Shown: piece by piece, positions 19,711 to 30,874 of the stretch
Layout of the letters: each line of letters opens with the position of its first letter
How positions within the stretch are numbered: the first letter of the stretch is position 1
Assembly (NCBI RefSeq): GCF_000400465.1
Contig: NW_008806274.1
Location: forward strand, 420,244-452,243
Direction of reading: 5' to 3'
Length of the DNA: 32,000 bases
Source: Wallemia ichthyophaga EXF-994
Lineage: Eukaryota; Fungi; Basidiomycota
Notes under the pieces: model-generated
Told to the model about the DNA's origin: nothing
Seen by the model: the letters and a program-made list of their open reading frames with translations, nothing else
Database searches by the model: none
Program-made: the position numbers and the translations under genes

Positions 19711-21969
19711 TCAAGTATTATTACCACTACTACCAGGCTTGCGTTGGATATCCCTACGCACTTTACGCTTCTGCGCTCCTTCACCGACAGTAGCCTCGTT
19801 AGTGATATACGGGATAGAGCCATAATCCATTACCTCTTTTGTCCAGTCAAGAGAGGCATAAATAGGCAGGTCTACTTTACCCTTTGCGAGGACATGTACG
19901 CGTCTGCAAGTTTTGGGTGTGAGTGGTGTGAGTAGTTGGAGTTGGTTGACTGAGCTGTCCACTGCGCGTATAAGTCCATATCCCAACACGCGCGAGTCTT
20001 TATGGGTGAGAAGATTATCGCGTCGTGTTAGCCTCTCGTCGGCCTCTATGCCACCCTCACATACGCCCTCAACATGCCCTTCCATGAGCGCTACGACAGA
20101 TGCATTCATCGCCATTAGCGTGTGCTCGTAGATAACATCTTCCCCATGCAGTATACACACGTACGCTAGGTCGTTGGCGTAATCGACGGTGAGGGGTGTG
20201 AAGTGGGTGAGTGGTTTGGAGAAATCCCACCGCACGTCAGAGATTTGAGTGGGAGAGTTATTGGGGACATTTTCAGCCTTCTCTGGAATGTTGGCATGGA
20301 AATACGTCGTCATGCTCAAATTCCTATAGTCAGCCGAGTGATACCTACTGAGCATAGGGTTATCAGCGGTAGCGATAGCATCAATGATCATGTGGTTCAC
20401 GTTGCGAGCGGGGGTGCTGATATCCTCATTTGCGGGAATATCAGCGTGATTGTCAGCGTAAGTGTCATCTTCCACACCCTCCTCTGCAGCTGAAACAGAC
20501 TGGGACATTTCAATCAACTCAAATATCCCAGCAGCATCGCAAATACCCTGTAACATTTCCGCACCGAGGCCCTTGACCCATCCCTGCGTGTTAATGATGA
20601 GGGGTATGGGTGTGTAGTTGTGAGTGTGATGTGCATGTGAGTGAGCAATTTCTCTCTGATAAAACTCAATCAAATCGCGCACAGCGTCGATATAGCCAAC
20701 TGGGTCGTTCGCTGGGGAGAGTTCGCCTACGAAGTGTGCTTTTGACGGTATGCGGGGGTGCGTGAATGGAGGGCCTGAGTGAGTGAGTGAGTGGTGTTAT
20801 TGCAATAAAAAAAGCAAAGACTCACCCAATAAAAATTCATCGATGAGATGGAGAGAAACGCAGCCAGAAGGCATGAACTCGGACTGACCTACGTCGCATT
20901 CGAGGTAAGCAACATTAGCGTGGGTCGCCTCACCACGCAAAGCATTGCACAAATAGCGCGAAAATGCACTCTTTCCCGTATTCCTACCTCCTTTGACTAT
21001 AGCAATGTAAGGCTGTGGAGAATGGAAGGCGTTGCGGGCGATTTGCGTCGCTGCACTTGTCCACGAGGGTGGTGTGAGGAAAGCGTAGGTATTTGGCGTC
21101 GATTCGAGTATCTGCGCGGGATTTTTAGTGCCAGTCAAAGATAGACACAATAACACAACACGTACCGGATACATTCCTTCCACTACCCTCCAACCGTCAT
21201 ACACACCGGCGTAGGGGGATGCAAATGCGTGTCTGAAATCCGGTAGAGCGTTGCCTAGCCCCTCTAACCCATCGTCGAGAGGTGAGAGGCGGACGACGAG
21301 TTGGTTGTGAGCGAGAGACGGTGGTACGGAGTCAGAGTCTATGGCGAGGCTGTCACCATTTCCACTGCTATCTCCACTCGAGAGTGTCGGGAGTGGATAG
21401 CAAGTAGGGGCATAAATGCGGTGGTGTTGCACCGACGCGCCTATCCTAGCGCCCAGGATAGACAATGTGCCTTTAAGCACTTGAAGAGTGAATTTACCAG
21501 CGAGGATCAGTGTCGCATGAGCATCGAACCCGACGAGGATATATCTGTCGCCGAAAAACGTCGTCGCGGAGCAGGTAGCAAAGTTGGAAACACAGTTGTA
21601 GTCGTAGTGTTGTGCTTTCTGCTTCTGCTTGCGCTTGTACTTGCGCGTCTTTTCTGTAGCTGTGTCTGTAGCAGCTGCTATAGCTGCATCTGCAGACGAT
21701 GGCTTGAGCTTCTTCCTTGAGTTACGAGTGTGCTTAAGCTGCTCAATATTCTCCTGTTCAAGCTCCCACTCCCGCTGCGTCTGCTGGATATCAGCATCGT
21801 GAAAAAAGGCATTGATAGCGATATCGTGGGAGTCGGCGGAGTGCTGAATGTCAGTAGGTGGGGAGGAATGCGAATGCTGGGAAGACTGCCCACTGCCGCT
21901 ACCACTCGCCTCAATCTCCGCGTCTAAATTCAATTTCAATTTCCTTTTCGCAACAGCCGACAAGACCAT
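19711..21969 (-). CDS. GRC3: Polynucleotide 5'-hydroxyl kinase Grc3/Nol9; 2 exons
   Basis: MVLSAVAKRK start; Walker A KGGRNTGKS; VAYLECDVGQSEF; spliced LLG-PPFTHP; IINTQGWVKGLG; intron about 20776-20826. Confidence 0.9.
20777..20792 (+). repeat. (GAGT)4 short tandem repeat in the GRC3 intron
   Basis: Read directly; reads (ACTC)4 on the sense strand just before the 3' splice site. Confidence 0.8.
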
Positions 21970-22005
21970 AATAGTTGAGAATCAACAACCAAGAAGACAG
22001 CGATA

Positions 22006-22590
22006 ATGTATAATTTCACCGACTCATCAGAATACACACGGATATTCGCGCGTTCGACTATCGCGATAATGCACCTCTGGCACGCACTCAAGATGGCCGT
22101 GGTGGAGGGATGGGGTGGACCCGAGTCAGACGCCAAGCGGACATGGCTGATGGGCGTTATGGTGGACATGTACGAAGAGCGTCCTCCAAACCCTCAGAAC
22201 GGGAGCGTTGGTGGGCTAGACCATGCAGATACAGAGGAAATACTTGCGCAGGCTTTCTTCGATGAATTTGGAGCTCATTTGGAAGATGGCAGCCCTAGGT
22301 CAGTCGCCACTCAGCTGCGTAGAGCCTGGGCTGAAGCTGTCGTTGGCGATGAGCACTTGTCTAAGGAACTCACCGCCAAATCTGAGAAAGAGAGGCATAA
22401 GAAGATGGCGCAGTTTACAAGAGGCGAGGATGAGGAAATTCCATACTCAGGTGGCGAGAGTGAGAGTGGCGAGGAGGGCGATGTGCAGATGGACGACGAT
22501 AACACCACCCAATCCACCCAGAAACCACCAAAACAAGAAAAGATATTCGACGACGATGGCTTTGAGGTTGTACAGAAGAAGCAGAAATAG
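22006..22590 (+). CDS. TSR2: Pre-rRNA-processing protein Tsr2 (WGG domain)
   Basis: LWHALKMAVVEGWGGPESDAKRTWL, DEFGAHLEDGS, acidic tail ending DDDGFEVVQKKQK. Confidence 0.92.
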   Translation: MYNFTDSSEYTRIFARSTIAIMHLWHALKMAVVEGWGGPESDAKRTWLMGVMVDMYEERPPNPQNGSVGGLDHADTEEILAQAFFDEFGAHLEDGSPRSVATQLRRAWAEAVVGDEHLSKELTAKSEKERHKKMAQFTRGEDEEIPYSGGESESGEEGDVQMDDDNTTQSTQKPPKQEKIFDDDGFEVVQKKQK

Positions 22591-22626
22591 ATATATGTTA
22601 CAATTTGTACATGTGATTAGTGTAGA

Positions 22627-24770
22627 TTACTGGCCGTTATTCGCGTTATTCGCGTTATTTACATGTGCTGGAGGGAGTAAAGTTTTTTGAGCGTTATCTA
22701 GTGTTTCTGGTTTGGTAGGCGAGGCACTCCCCCCACTCATATTGTCACTGCCAGCCTTACCTCTCACAACCCCCTTCCCACCTTTACTGTTCTCTGACTC
22801 GAGGCTCTCGAGTAACATCTCTAGCACGCCGTCAATTTCCGTGGCGGGTATTCCACATCCGACGCTAATCAGTTTGCGGTATTCCGACATTTTCTTACCC
22901 GTGCCCACCTCTTTCTGCCTCTTGATGAGTTCGTGTAGGGAAGCGATGCGTTTGTGGTGAAGCGAGTTGATTTGTTCGCGGAGGATGGTGCACTGGTAGT
23001 GAACGTCTTTGTCACCATTTTCATTACCAAGATTGGATGTATCCATGTCCATCTTACCACCCTCGTCAATCTTGTCGTTATACTCTGCCCATCCCCGCTT
23101 ATACAAATCCATCGAATGCTCCTCTAATCTCCCCTCTAAACCTTTCAATTTGGCTTTGAGCTGCTCAAATTCACCACCATCTATAGTCATCTTCTCCACC
23201 GTCTGCTTGGCTTCAACGATATCAGTTTTGATGTTACGAAGAATGACCTGAGCTTGTTGATAATCGCGCTCCTTCTGTGTGATCTCTTTATCGTAAGACT
23301 GAGCGAGATTTTCAAGGAGATTAGCGACGCCGCTCATCGTAGTGTTAGCAATCGATTGGCTAGTTTCGCTGCTGAAGAGGTGAGGAGGGGGAGCGTAGAT
23401 GGAAGTGTCAGGAGGGTGTAGCCTGAGGTGATTAGAGTTGAGTAGAGGAGACTGTCTGAAGCGTTCATCTTCGAGAATGTAATCTTCCGCAGTCCTGCCA
23501 TCCTTATTAGGCAGTTTTGAGTCAGCCCCGTGCTCAAGCAGGAGCTTAACGAGGCGTTTTGAGCGGGCGCGGGCAGCCAGCGTCAGTGCCGATTCACCCT
23601 CGTCGTCTTGAAAGTTAATTACATCTGCCAACTCATCGGGGTAGTTAACGAGTTTCGCGAGGACGCATTCCATGTAATAGCGCGCGGCGTGTGTCTTGGA
23701 TTTCGTCAAGGCGAGGTCGACAATGTGGTGGAGGACAGTCCGGTCGTGCTTGTCGAGGTTGAGTGTAGACCTATGTAACAACTCGTACAACTGCGGGAAC
23801 TTGCGTATGTCGTAATTGTTACTGAACATTACACTGCGCATCAGCGCTGTCTGCTCAGAATGGTTGACGCGAAATATATCTGCACCGGCACTGAGAAGCA
23901 GCTTGACTACGCGCACCTTGCCCATAGCACAAGCCCAGTGCATGGCCGTATGGCCCTCGTCATCGATTGACATGTTTGGGTTGAAATCGGCAGGTGGATG
24001 GATCAGGAGAGCAGGAATCTGGGTAGATTCGCTGATAAAGTAGTCAAGAATGATATCTTCATAACTGACACTACCATCTATGGCAACTGAGGAGGGCGTG
24101 TCGTTTGGGTTGAGAGTGTCGGGCAACTTCCTCTTGCGTGCGTTGAATCTGATGGGGGAAGGAGTACGCGAGCTGTTTGATTTGAAGGAGGGGGAGCTGG
24201 GAATGCTGGCGTCTTCACCGTCGGATAGCTCAGCCTTGGCATTGGTTGCAGCAGCTAGCTTGGCGGGGTGCTTAGCAGAGCTGAGTGGGTGGAAGACCTT
24301 GCTAGTGGAGGGGAGAGTGTGGGCGGTGGAGGGTTGTTTGCGTGCTCTGGTGCCTGAAGCGGTTGCGTGCTTGGGAGCTAGCGGAGGGGACTGAGAACCA
24401 GGGTGGTAGTTGATGATTGGGTCAAGGAGTAGTTGAATGCGGTATTGTTTAACCAAGTCAACGGATCTGGCCATGGGGATCCACGTACCCTGGTATTTTC
24501 CATAACCTCCCTGCACCTTCTCATGTACCCCCTTCTGAACCTCCCTCTCGAGGATACGTGTGCGCTGTGGCTTATCGAAGTTGGCCACTTTGAGGATTTG
24601 AGTTGCGTTCATCCACTCATCAGACCTGCGTTTCATCACAGCGATATTCTTGCAGTTGAATTCATACACGGGCACGCCTGAGTAGCAGGCCTGGAGAGGG
24701 AGTGTGAGTGGATGACATTGGGTATATCGATAAATACCTTGTAAATCGGTGGTGGTCCTAGCGCTGACAT
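22627..24770 (-). CDS. MBP1: APSES/KilA-N + ankyrin G1/S transcription factor (Mbp1/Res1/Res2-like); 2 exons
   Basis: Exon 1 MSALGPPPIYK (24738-24770), intron 24691-24737, then ACYSGVPVYEF...VMKRRSDEWMNATQILKVA...EKVQGGYGKYQGTWIP; ankyrins IDDEGHTAMHWACAMG and QDDEGESALTLAARA. Exact orthology (Mbp1/Swi4/Res) not resolved. Confidence 0.9.
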
Positions 24771-24859
24771 TTAACTCAATTTAAATAATTAATTTTCAAT
24801 TTAACCCGCGTATAACCAACCAACCCTCCATCATTAAGTCCATCCATTTAATTTAAAAA

Positions 24860-25186
24860 ATGGGAGAGTGAGCGCGGGTAACGCTAGTGGTGTATTTGGC
24901 TGGCTAATACTCCCTCACAGATCAACTGCTTCCAAGGAGGAGTGCGTGTCCAATAGACTCCCTTTGAATTGGAGAGATCAATGTAGCGGGTGGGCGCTCT
25001 GTGCTCTGTGTTTACATCTCCCATCTAACACCCCATAGCCTCCTGATCCCTCTCAACATATGCAGGCACAAGAATTTATACGCGCCTTGGTCGTGCACCG
25101 ACGAACGACACGGCTATGAAAAGTGCCAGTACGATGACATGATGCGCAGAATGAAGTTGTTATCCCAGCAGAACAAGTCTGAGTAG
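24860..25186 (+). CDS. NDUFB7: NADH:ubiquinone oxidoreductase subunit NDUFB7 (B18); 3 exons
   Basis: Spliced MGESTASKEECVSNRLPLNWRDQCSGLLIPLNICRHKNLYAPWSCTDERHGYEKCQYDDMMRRM with a twin CX9C; introns 24868-24920 and 24990-25038. Confidence 0.9.
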
Positions 25187-25206
25187 TTTATCTATCCATG
25201 CATTCC

Positions 25207-26872
25207 TTACAAATACTCCATCCCCACCCCCAGCTGTATTGGTCGCGTCGTGCTTACATCCGTGGTGGCTGCTATCACTGGTACACCCAGGTTCAACTCC
25301 ACTCTGATTGGCGTGAACCGATACACCAGCCCAACTCCCACACTCATCGATGGCTTCAACAGCGCACCCCACAGATCCACATTCTTCAGCGACACCAGCT
25401 GCCCTGCATTCACAAACCCTTGGCACTTCAAATTCCACTGTGGTTTCGTAGGGAACGGTGTTATTACCGAAACTCCCCCGCTGTAGAAGACATCGCCTCC
25501 TAGATGGTCCTCTCCATCCCTTGGCCCCATCCTGTTATGTCCGAACATACGCACTGACGTTGGTCCACCGAGTCTGAATCGGTCGCTGAACAACTTGGCG
25601 TGGGTGTTTTCATCGCTCACACTCCCATCCCCTCCCATCGGCAGAAGGCCACCGGCGCGGAATGACAAAGCGAGAAAGTTGTTTAACGCGCTATCGATCG
25701 GTCTCGCTACATACATCTGCAGCTGCCCCTTGAGGAAACTCACACTACCGCCCAATCCCGCGTACTCGACGAGGGAATTCACGTAAGCACCTCGCGTCGA
25801 CATGTGTATATCATCGCGGCTGTCGTGAGTGAATGTGTGTGCGACAGCAGATTTCACCGAGGAGCCCGCTGCATCGCGCAGGCTGAGTGAGGCGAGTGGG
25901 TGTAAGGAGTGCAAAGATCTCCACGCCGCCTCATACGAGACATGATGAGAACCGTGTTTCTGAGTGGACTAAAGGGGGCAATGAGTACAATAAACTCCAA
26001 TGTCACTCCACTCACACTCCATCCACATCGTGCTCCCACTGTGCCCTCCTTAACACCCGCATACGCTGAATGATCCCGTTCAGCCTGGAAAACCTGTGCA
26101 TTGAGCTGCGTGTTGGGGGAGGGTGTGCAAATGAACTCGGGCACTGGGGAGGTATAAGCGAGGTGGAAAGCAGATGTCGTCCGTGTCCCCCAGCTAGCCT
26201 GTCCTTCTAAATTCTCCAGGCCACCCAAGAGGTTACGCACGCGTACGCTAACATTCGCACTTCCTTCTCCACTGCCCACATCTGTGCTCGATTTAGCCCA
26301 CAATTTGCCACGCTCGCGCACCCCCATTGCTAGATCTACATCACCATGCTGCGCGAGCACGCTCTGCGCCGGTTCGAGAGCCATCTCAATTCCTGCGAAA
26401 TGGTCGAAGGCGGTGAGGGTGTGGTGCACATCACGGCTCTTGCGCAGGACGTCTGCGAGAGTGGAGTTGTGCACGCCATCTGCACCCGCGTCGTTGAGAT
26501 ACGGGCGGAATACCGCAGCGAGGAAGCTAGAACGCAGCGTCGAGCCATTCACCCGTACTGCTGATAATCTGGCCGGGGAATCTCTGCTATCTGCCACCTA
26601 AGCCGTGCGCGAGTGCATCGGTGAGCTGGGTTCTTCTCCTTCTAACTGCCCTTACTCACTATCTCCTCTAGTCGCCGACCAAACGTTTCATACTCGCCGT
26701 TCAAACGCCTCTGCTGCATTTCGTTCATCCACACCCGCTTTGCGTGGAGAGTGGGGTTTGTGCCGTCTTCTTCTCCTCCGCCCCGCGGCTCCTCCTCGCG
26801 CGCACTTGTCGTCTCGTAAAATGGCCCGCTTATAGATGGCTTAGCTACTCCGTCCAGCTCGCTTACGCTCAT
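25207..26872 (-). CDS. SAM50: Mitochondrial outer membrane beta-barrel assembly protein Sam50/Tob55; 3 exons
   Basis: N-terminal RRLNGEYE, POTRA-like region, RVRNLLGGLENL, DRFRLGGPTSVRMF, HLGGDVFY, PIRVELNLGVP, C-terminal beta-signal IQLGVGMEYL. Confidence 0.92.
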
Positions 26873-27167
26873 TGGGGTGATCGTCGTTGTGTTTGCGAGT
26901 GTTGTGTTGTGTGTTGAGTGGGCGAATATGCATGCTAAAATGAGTTATGTTGCAGACAAATCTTATCTTATCTTCTTCTTCGCTTTGTTGCCTCGACACT
27001 CCCACTCCCGCCTTTACTCACTCGCCTCCCATCCCTCACCTTCTTCACATCACATCTGTCTGTATGTATCTTATGGCTACGACACATGACAAATCGCACA
27101 AATCCCTTGGATGTATTGCAAAATAAATCATCTTTTCAGTCTTACTTTGTAAGAAGTACAAGAAGAC

Positions 27168-27172
27168 AAAAA
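27168..27172 (-). terminator. Pol III T5 terminator downstream of tRNA-His
   Basis: TTTTT on the - strand, 4 nt after the discriminator base. Confidence 0.7.
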
Positions 27173-27176
27173 TATT

Positions 27177-27248
27177 TGTGGTTGCCAGGAATCGAACCTG
27201 GATCTTACCGGCCACAACGGAACGTGCTAACCATTATACCACAACCAC
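27177..27248 (-). tRNA. tRNA-His(GTG), intronless
   Basis: GTGGTTG/CAACCAC acceptor stem, D-loop TAATGGTTAG, anticodon loop TTGTGGC, CCAGG-TTCGATT-CCTGG T-arm, discriminator A; 72 nt. Confidence 0.95.
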
Positions 27249-27587
27249 TTGATACCGATTTCAAGATTTATAAGTATATCTATCTCAAATATAGAAAAAG
27301 CAAATTAAATTGCAGCAAAAATTTCTGTTCCCTTATTCTTACCAGCCTCGTTTTAATCATTCTCGTATAATTTTCGCAATCAGATTCAAGTTCGAGATGA
27401 TTTGATAAAAAAAGCGTAAAAAGTGGCATTATTATATCGATTACATTTTGTTAAAAGGTTTATGTAATAAAAATAGTAAAGTAAAGCATTTCCATTAGCA
27501 GCTGCAGCTGCATGCTTTAAATGATTAAGGATAGTTGAACAAAATTCCATATTGTCCTCAAAAAATCTGTCAGTTTGCTCAAAACGA

Positions 27588-28722
27588 CTAAATGTTCTCA
27601 AGTGCATGCAGCTGTGCAGTCTGACCGATAGAGTTTTCCTGCTGGTTAGAAGGACCAGCAGCTGCAGAACCACTGTTCGCGCCATCAGTAATGGTTTGGT
27701 TACCGCCCATACCCTGAGTGAGAGACTGGACGCCATCAACGGACATAGGAACGAAGATGGTCTTAGCGTTGCTCGTCTTGGCCATATTTTGCAATGCATC
27801 GAGATGACGAATACTCATTGCAGCAGGCGATGCAAGCAACTCGGCAGTCTGTTTCATCAGCTTGGCTGCTGCAACTTCACCCTTGGCGGCGACCACCTTA
27901 GCCTCAGCCTGGCGGGTGGCTCTAGCGGATGCAGCCAACGCAACCTGATCGGAATCGGACAAATGGACGTCTCTGATCGAGATAGAGACGAGAACACCCC
28001 ACTCCTGCGTAATGGATGTAACAATCTCCTCGATGTCGCGTGAGATCTGCTCTCTGTCTTGGATAAGAGATTGCAGAGATCTCGAACCAAGCACGGAGCG
28101 GAGAGTAATTTGAGAGCGTTCAATGACTGATGATCTCATATCCTCCACCGCGTACGCAGCCTTGTAAGGGCTATGAACGCTGTAATAGACGACACCGTCA
28201 ACTCTAACAGTGACGTTGTCCTTGGTAATGGCGACCTGGTCGCGGATGTTGGCTAGCTGAGTGCGCACCGAGACTGCCTGAAGATCCTCTGAGCAGAGAT
28301 TGATCTTGACCAAACCAGGGTCGACGGATTTGTAAAAGGCACCGAAGCGGCTAACGAGACCGACGGAGCCCTGGTCGACTTCCTTGAAAGGATTTGGGCA
28401 CGGACAGCAAGGAATGGCACCGAAGAATCTGTGAAGAGAGTAAGTGAAATGCTAGGTGCACTCCAGCCACCACCACTCACCCGATACACGATCCGAGACC
28501 GTTGATGAAGCTGCCGTAGCCCGAGTGCTCGTTACGAGGCACGTCCAGCGTCTGAGCGTACGATGGCTGCATCTGGTCCTTCTGGAGCGGCTGCACCGAG
28601 ACTGTGTGGCGTTTGGTCGGTGCAGACGAAGCAGGCGCGGTGGCCGGTGCCTCCTGAGTTGGCTTGACTGGCTCCTCGATATCGAAATTGGGCTCTGCGT
28701 GCTCTGAATTTTGTTCTACCAT
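27588..28722 (-). CDS. Stomatin/band-7 (SPFH) family protein; 2 exons
   Basis: FFGAIPCCPCPNPFKEVDQGSVGLVSRFGAFYKSVDPGLVKIN, TKDNVTVRVDGVVYY, AEAKVVAAKGEVAAAKLMKQTAELLASPAAMSIRHLDALQNMA. Confidence 0.9.
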
Positions 28723-28945
28723 TTTATGACAGTGTGTGACAAGAGAGACGACTCGGAGATTCGAACGCTTGGCAGTTGGCTGGTTGTCATGTGAAACAGT
28801 GATTCAGGGAATCGCACTGAGAACTCACAGAAATCAGCTACTGCAGCGTCAAATGACCATCGGTGCATCTTTCTAGCGATATTAATAAAGTCGCGTACAT
28901 GCAGTTGAAGCAAGGTATTCCACCACTCACCCACACATTCCACTA

Positions 28946-30793
28946 ATGAGCGTAAATATGTCAGTTGCGTTTCTAGCCCAGCTCCAGCTCAGCATTAACG
29001 ACGCAGCAGCCACCAAATCACGCAGACAAGGCCAATACACCCACTCAACAAGCACTCCTCTACTATCACACAGGATATTTCCCATCTCGGTGCACAGGCC
29101 TTTCTCCACGCTATCGGCCTCTCCGAATCTGATCTCGATAAGCCACATGTCGGAATTCTGACTGTGGGTTTTGACAGCAACCCGTGCAACAACCACCTCA
29201 ACAGCCTCGGCGAGCATGTCAAGCGATCGCTCTCGAATCACTCTCTCCTCGGTTTTATGGCGTCTAGTGTCGGTGTTTCTGACGCCATTACTCAGGGCAC
29301 GGCCGGGATGCGCTACAGTCTGCCCAGCCGTGACCTGATAGCAGACTCGTTTGAGATGATAGTCGAAGCGCAGCACTACGACGCCAGCGTGCTCATCCCC
29401 GGCTGCGACAAGAACATGCCCGGTGCAATGATGGCCGCACTACGCTACAACAGACCATCCCTCATCGTCTACGGAGGTACCATCAAGCCCGGCACACACC
29501 AGATCGACTGCCGCCCCCTCAGCGTTAAGAAGGGTGACCAGAGTAACATCACAGACACTTTCGAGGCTTATGGCGCTTATCTCAACGGTAACATCGGCCA
29601 GGATGAACTGAAAATTATCAAACAAAACGCTTGCCCCGGTTCGGGATCTTGCGGCGGACTGTTTACGGCTAATACCATGTCTAGTATCATCGAAGCTATG
29701 GGAATGTGCTTGAGCTACTCAGCTTGCACGCCTGCGGAAACAAGTGAAAAAGTTCAGGAGTGTCTTAGAATAGGCCCGGTCGTACGTAATCTCCTCGAAC
29801 AAGATATCAAGCCACGCGATGTAATGACGAGAGAGGCATTTCTAAACGCAATAACCATTGTGATGGTGTTGGGTGGCTCTACCAATAGTGTCCTCCATCT
29901 CCTCGCAGTAGCAAGAAGTGGAGATGTGCATCTGACAATGCAGGATTTCAGCGACGTCGCCGCGCGTACACCATTCCTTGCCAACATGAAACCGTCCGGG
30001 AGGTATATGATGCAAGACTTGCACCAAGTTGGCGGTATACCAGCTGTATTGAAGTATGTCTACGACAACACCACCCTTTTAGATGGAAATTGCTTGACAA
30101 TCACTGGAAACACGCTCGCTGAGAATCTCTCTAACATTACTATAGATTATGACAAATTCCACACCGTTATCCATCCGTTATCGTCGCCCATCAAGGAAAC
30201 TGGTCATATACGCATCCTTAACGGCACGCTGGCACCTGGAAACGCCGTAGCCAAGATCACCGGCAAAGAAGGGCTTCGATTTGAGGGTAAAGCCATGTGT
30301 TTCGAGGTAGGTTCGACGGCTGGGCTTTCGTGCACTAGCTGACGCAGACTGATAGGAAGAAAACGATGTTCTGCGCGCTGTTTCCGAAAAGCGCATCCAG
30401 CCAGGCACTGCCGTGATAGTTCGTTACCAGGGTCCGAAAGGCGCGCCAGGGATGCCTGAGATGTTGACACCGACTGGAGCAATATATGGTGCTGGTCTGA
30501 GTCAGTCTACCTGCCTTATCACAGACGGTCGCTTCTCTGGCGCCTCCCATGGCTTCGTTATCGGTCACGTCGTTCCAGAGGCTTTCAACGGCGGTCCAAT
30601 CGCACTCGTGCGCGATGGCGATCGCGTCGTTGTGGATGCCGTACATAACACAATTGATCTTTGTGTCGATGAAGACGAACTAGCCGCTAGAAAGAAATCA
30701 TTCTCCCCTCCTCAGCTCAAATACACTTCGGGCGTTCTGTATAAATATGCAAAGACCGTGGCTGACGCTTCGCATGGGGCTTATACGGATTAA
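28946..30793 (+). CDS. ILV3: Dihydroxy-acid dehydratase (IlvD/Edd family, [2Fe-2S] type); probably 3 exons; start inferred
   Basis: LNKHSSTITQ, NPCN, IPGCDKNMPG, CPGSGSCGGLFTANTMS, GGSTNSVLHL, RYQGPKGAPGMPEML, TDGRFSGASHG. Intron after CFE (30307-30355). First exon MSVN inferred from a GTCAGT...GCAG intron. Confidence 0.93.
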
Positions 30794-30874
30794 AAGGGAA
30801 ATTAAATGTATTAATGGATATATTGATATTCAAATTTCGCTGTCTCAGCGCTGTTATCGCCTTATCTCCCAACA

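Noticed and set aside
22632-22660. TTATTCGCG repeats resembling SCB (CGCGAA) sites at the end of the MBP1-like gene
   Set aside because: Explained by the coding repeat NANNANN at the C-terminus.
28946-30793. ILV3 as a self-resistance gene of a biosynthetic cluster (AstD-like)
   Set aside because: No terpene cyclase, P450, PKS or NRPS in the window; neighbours are housekeeping genes.
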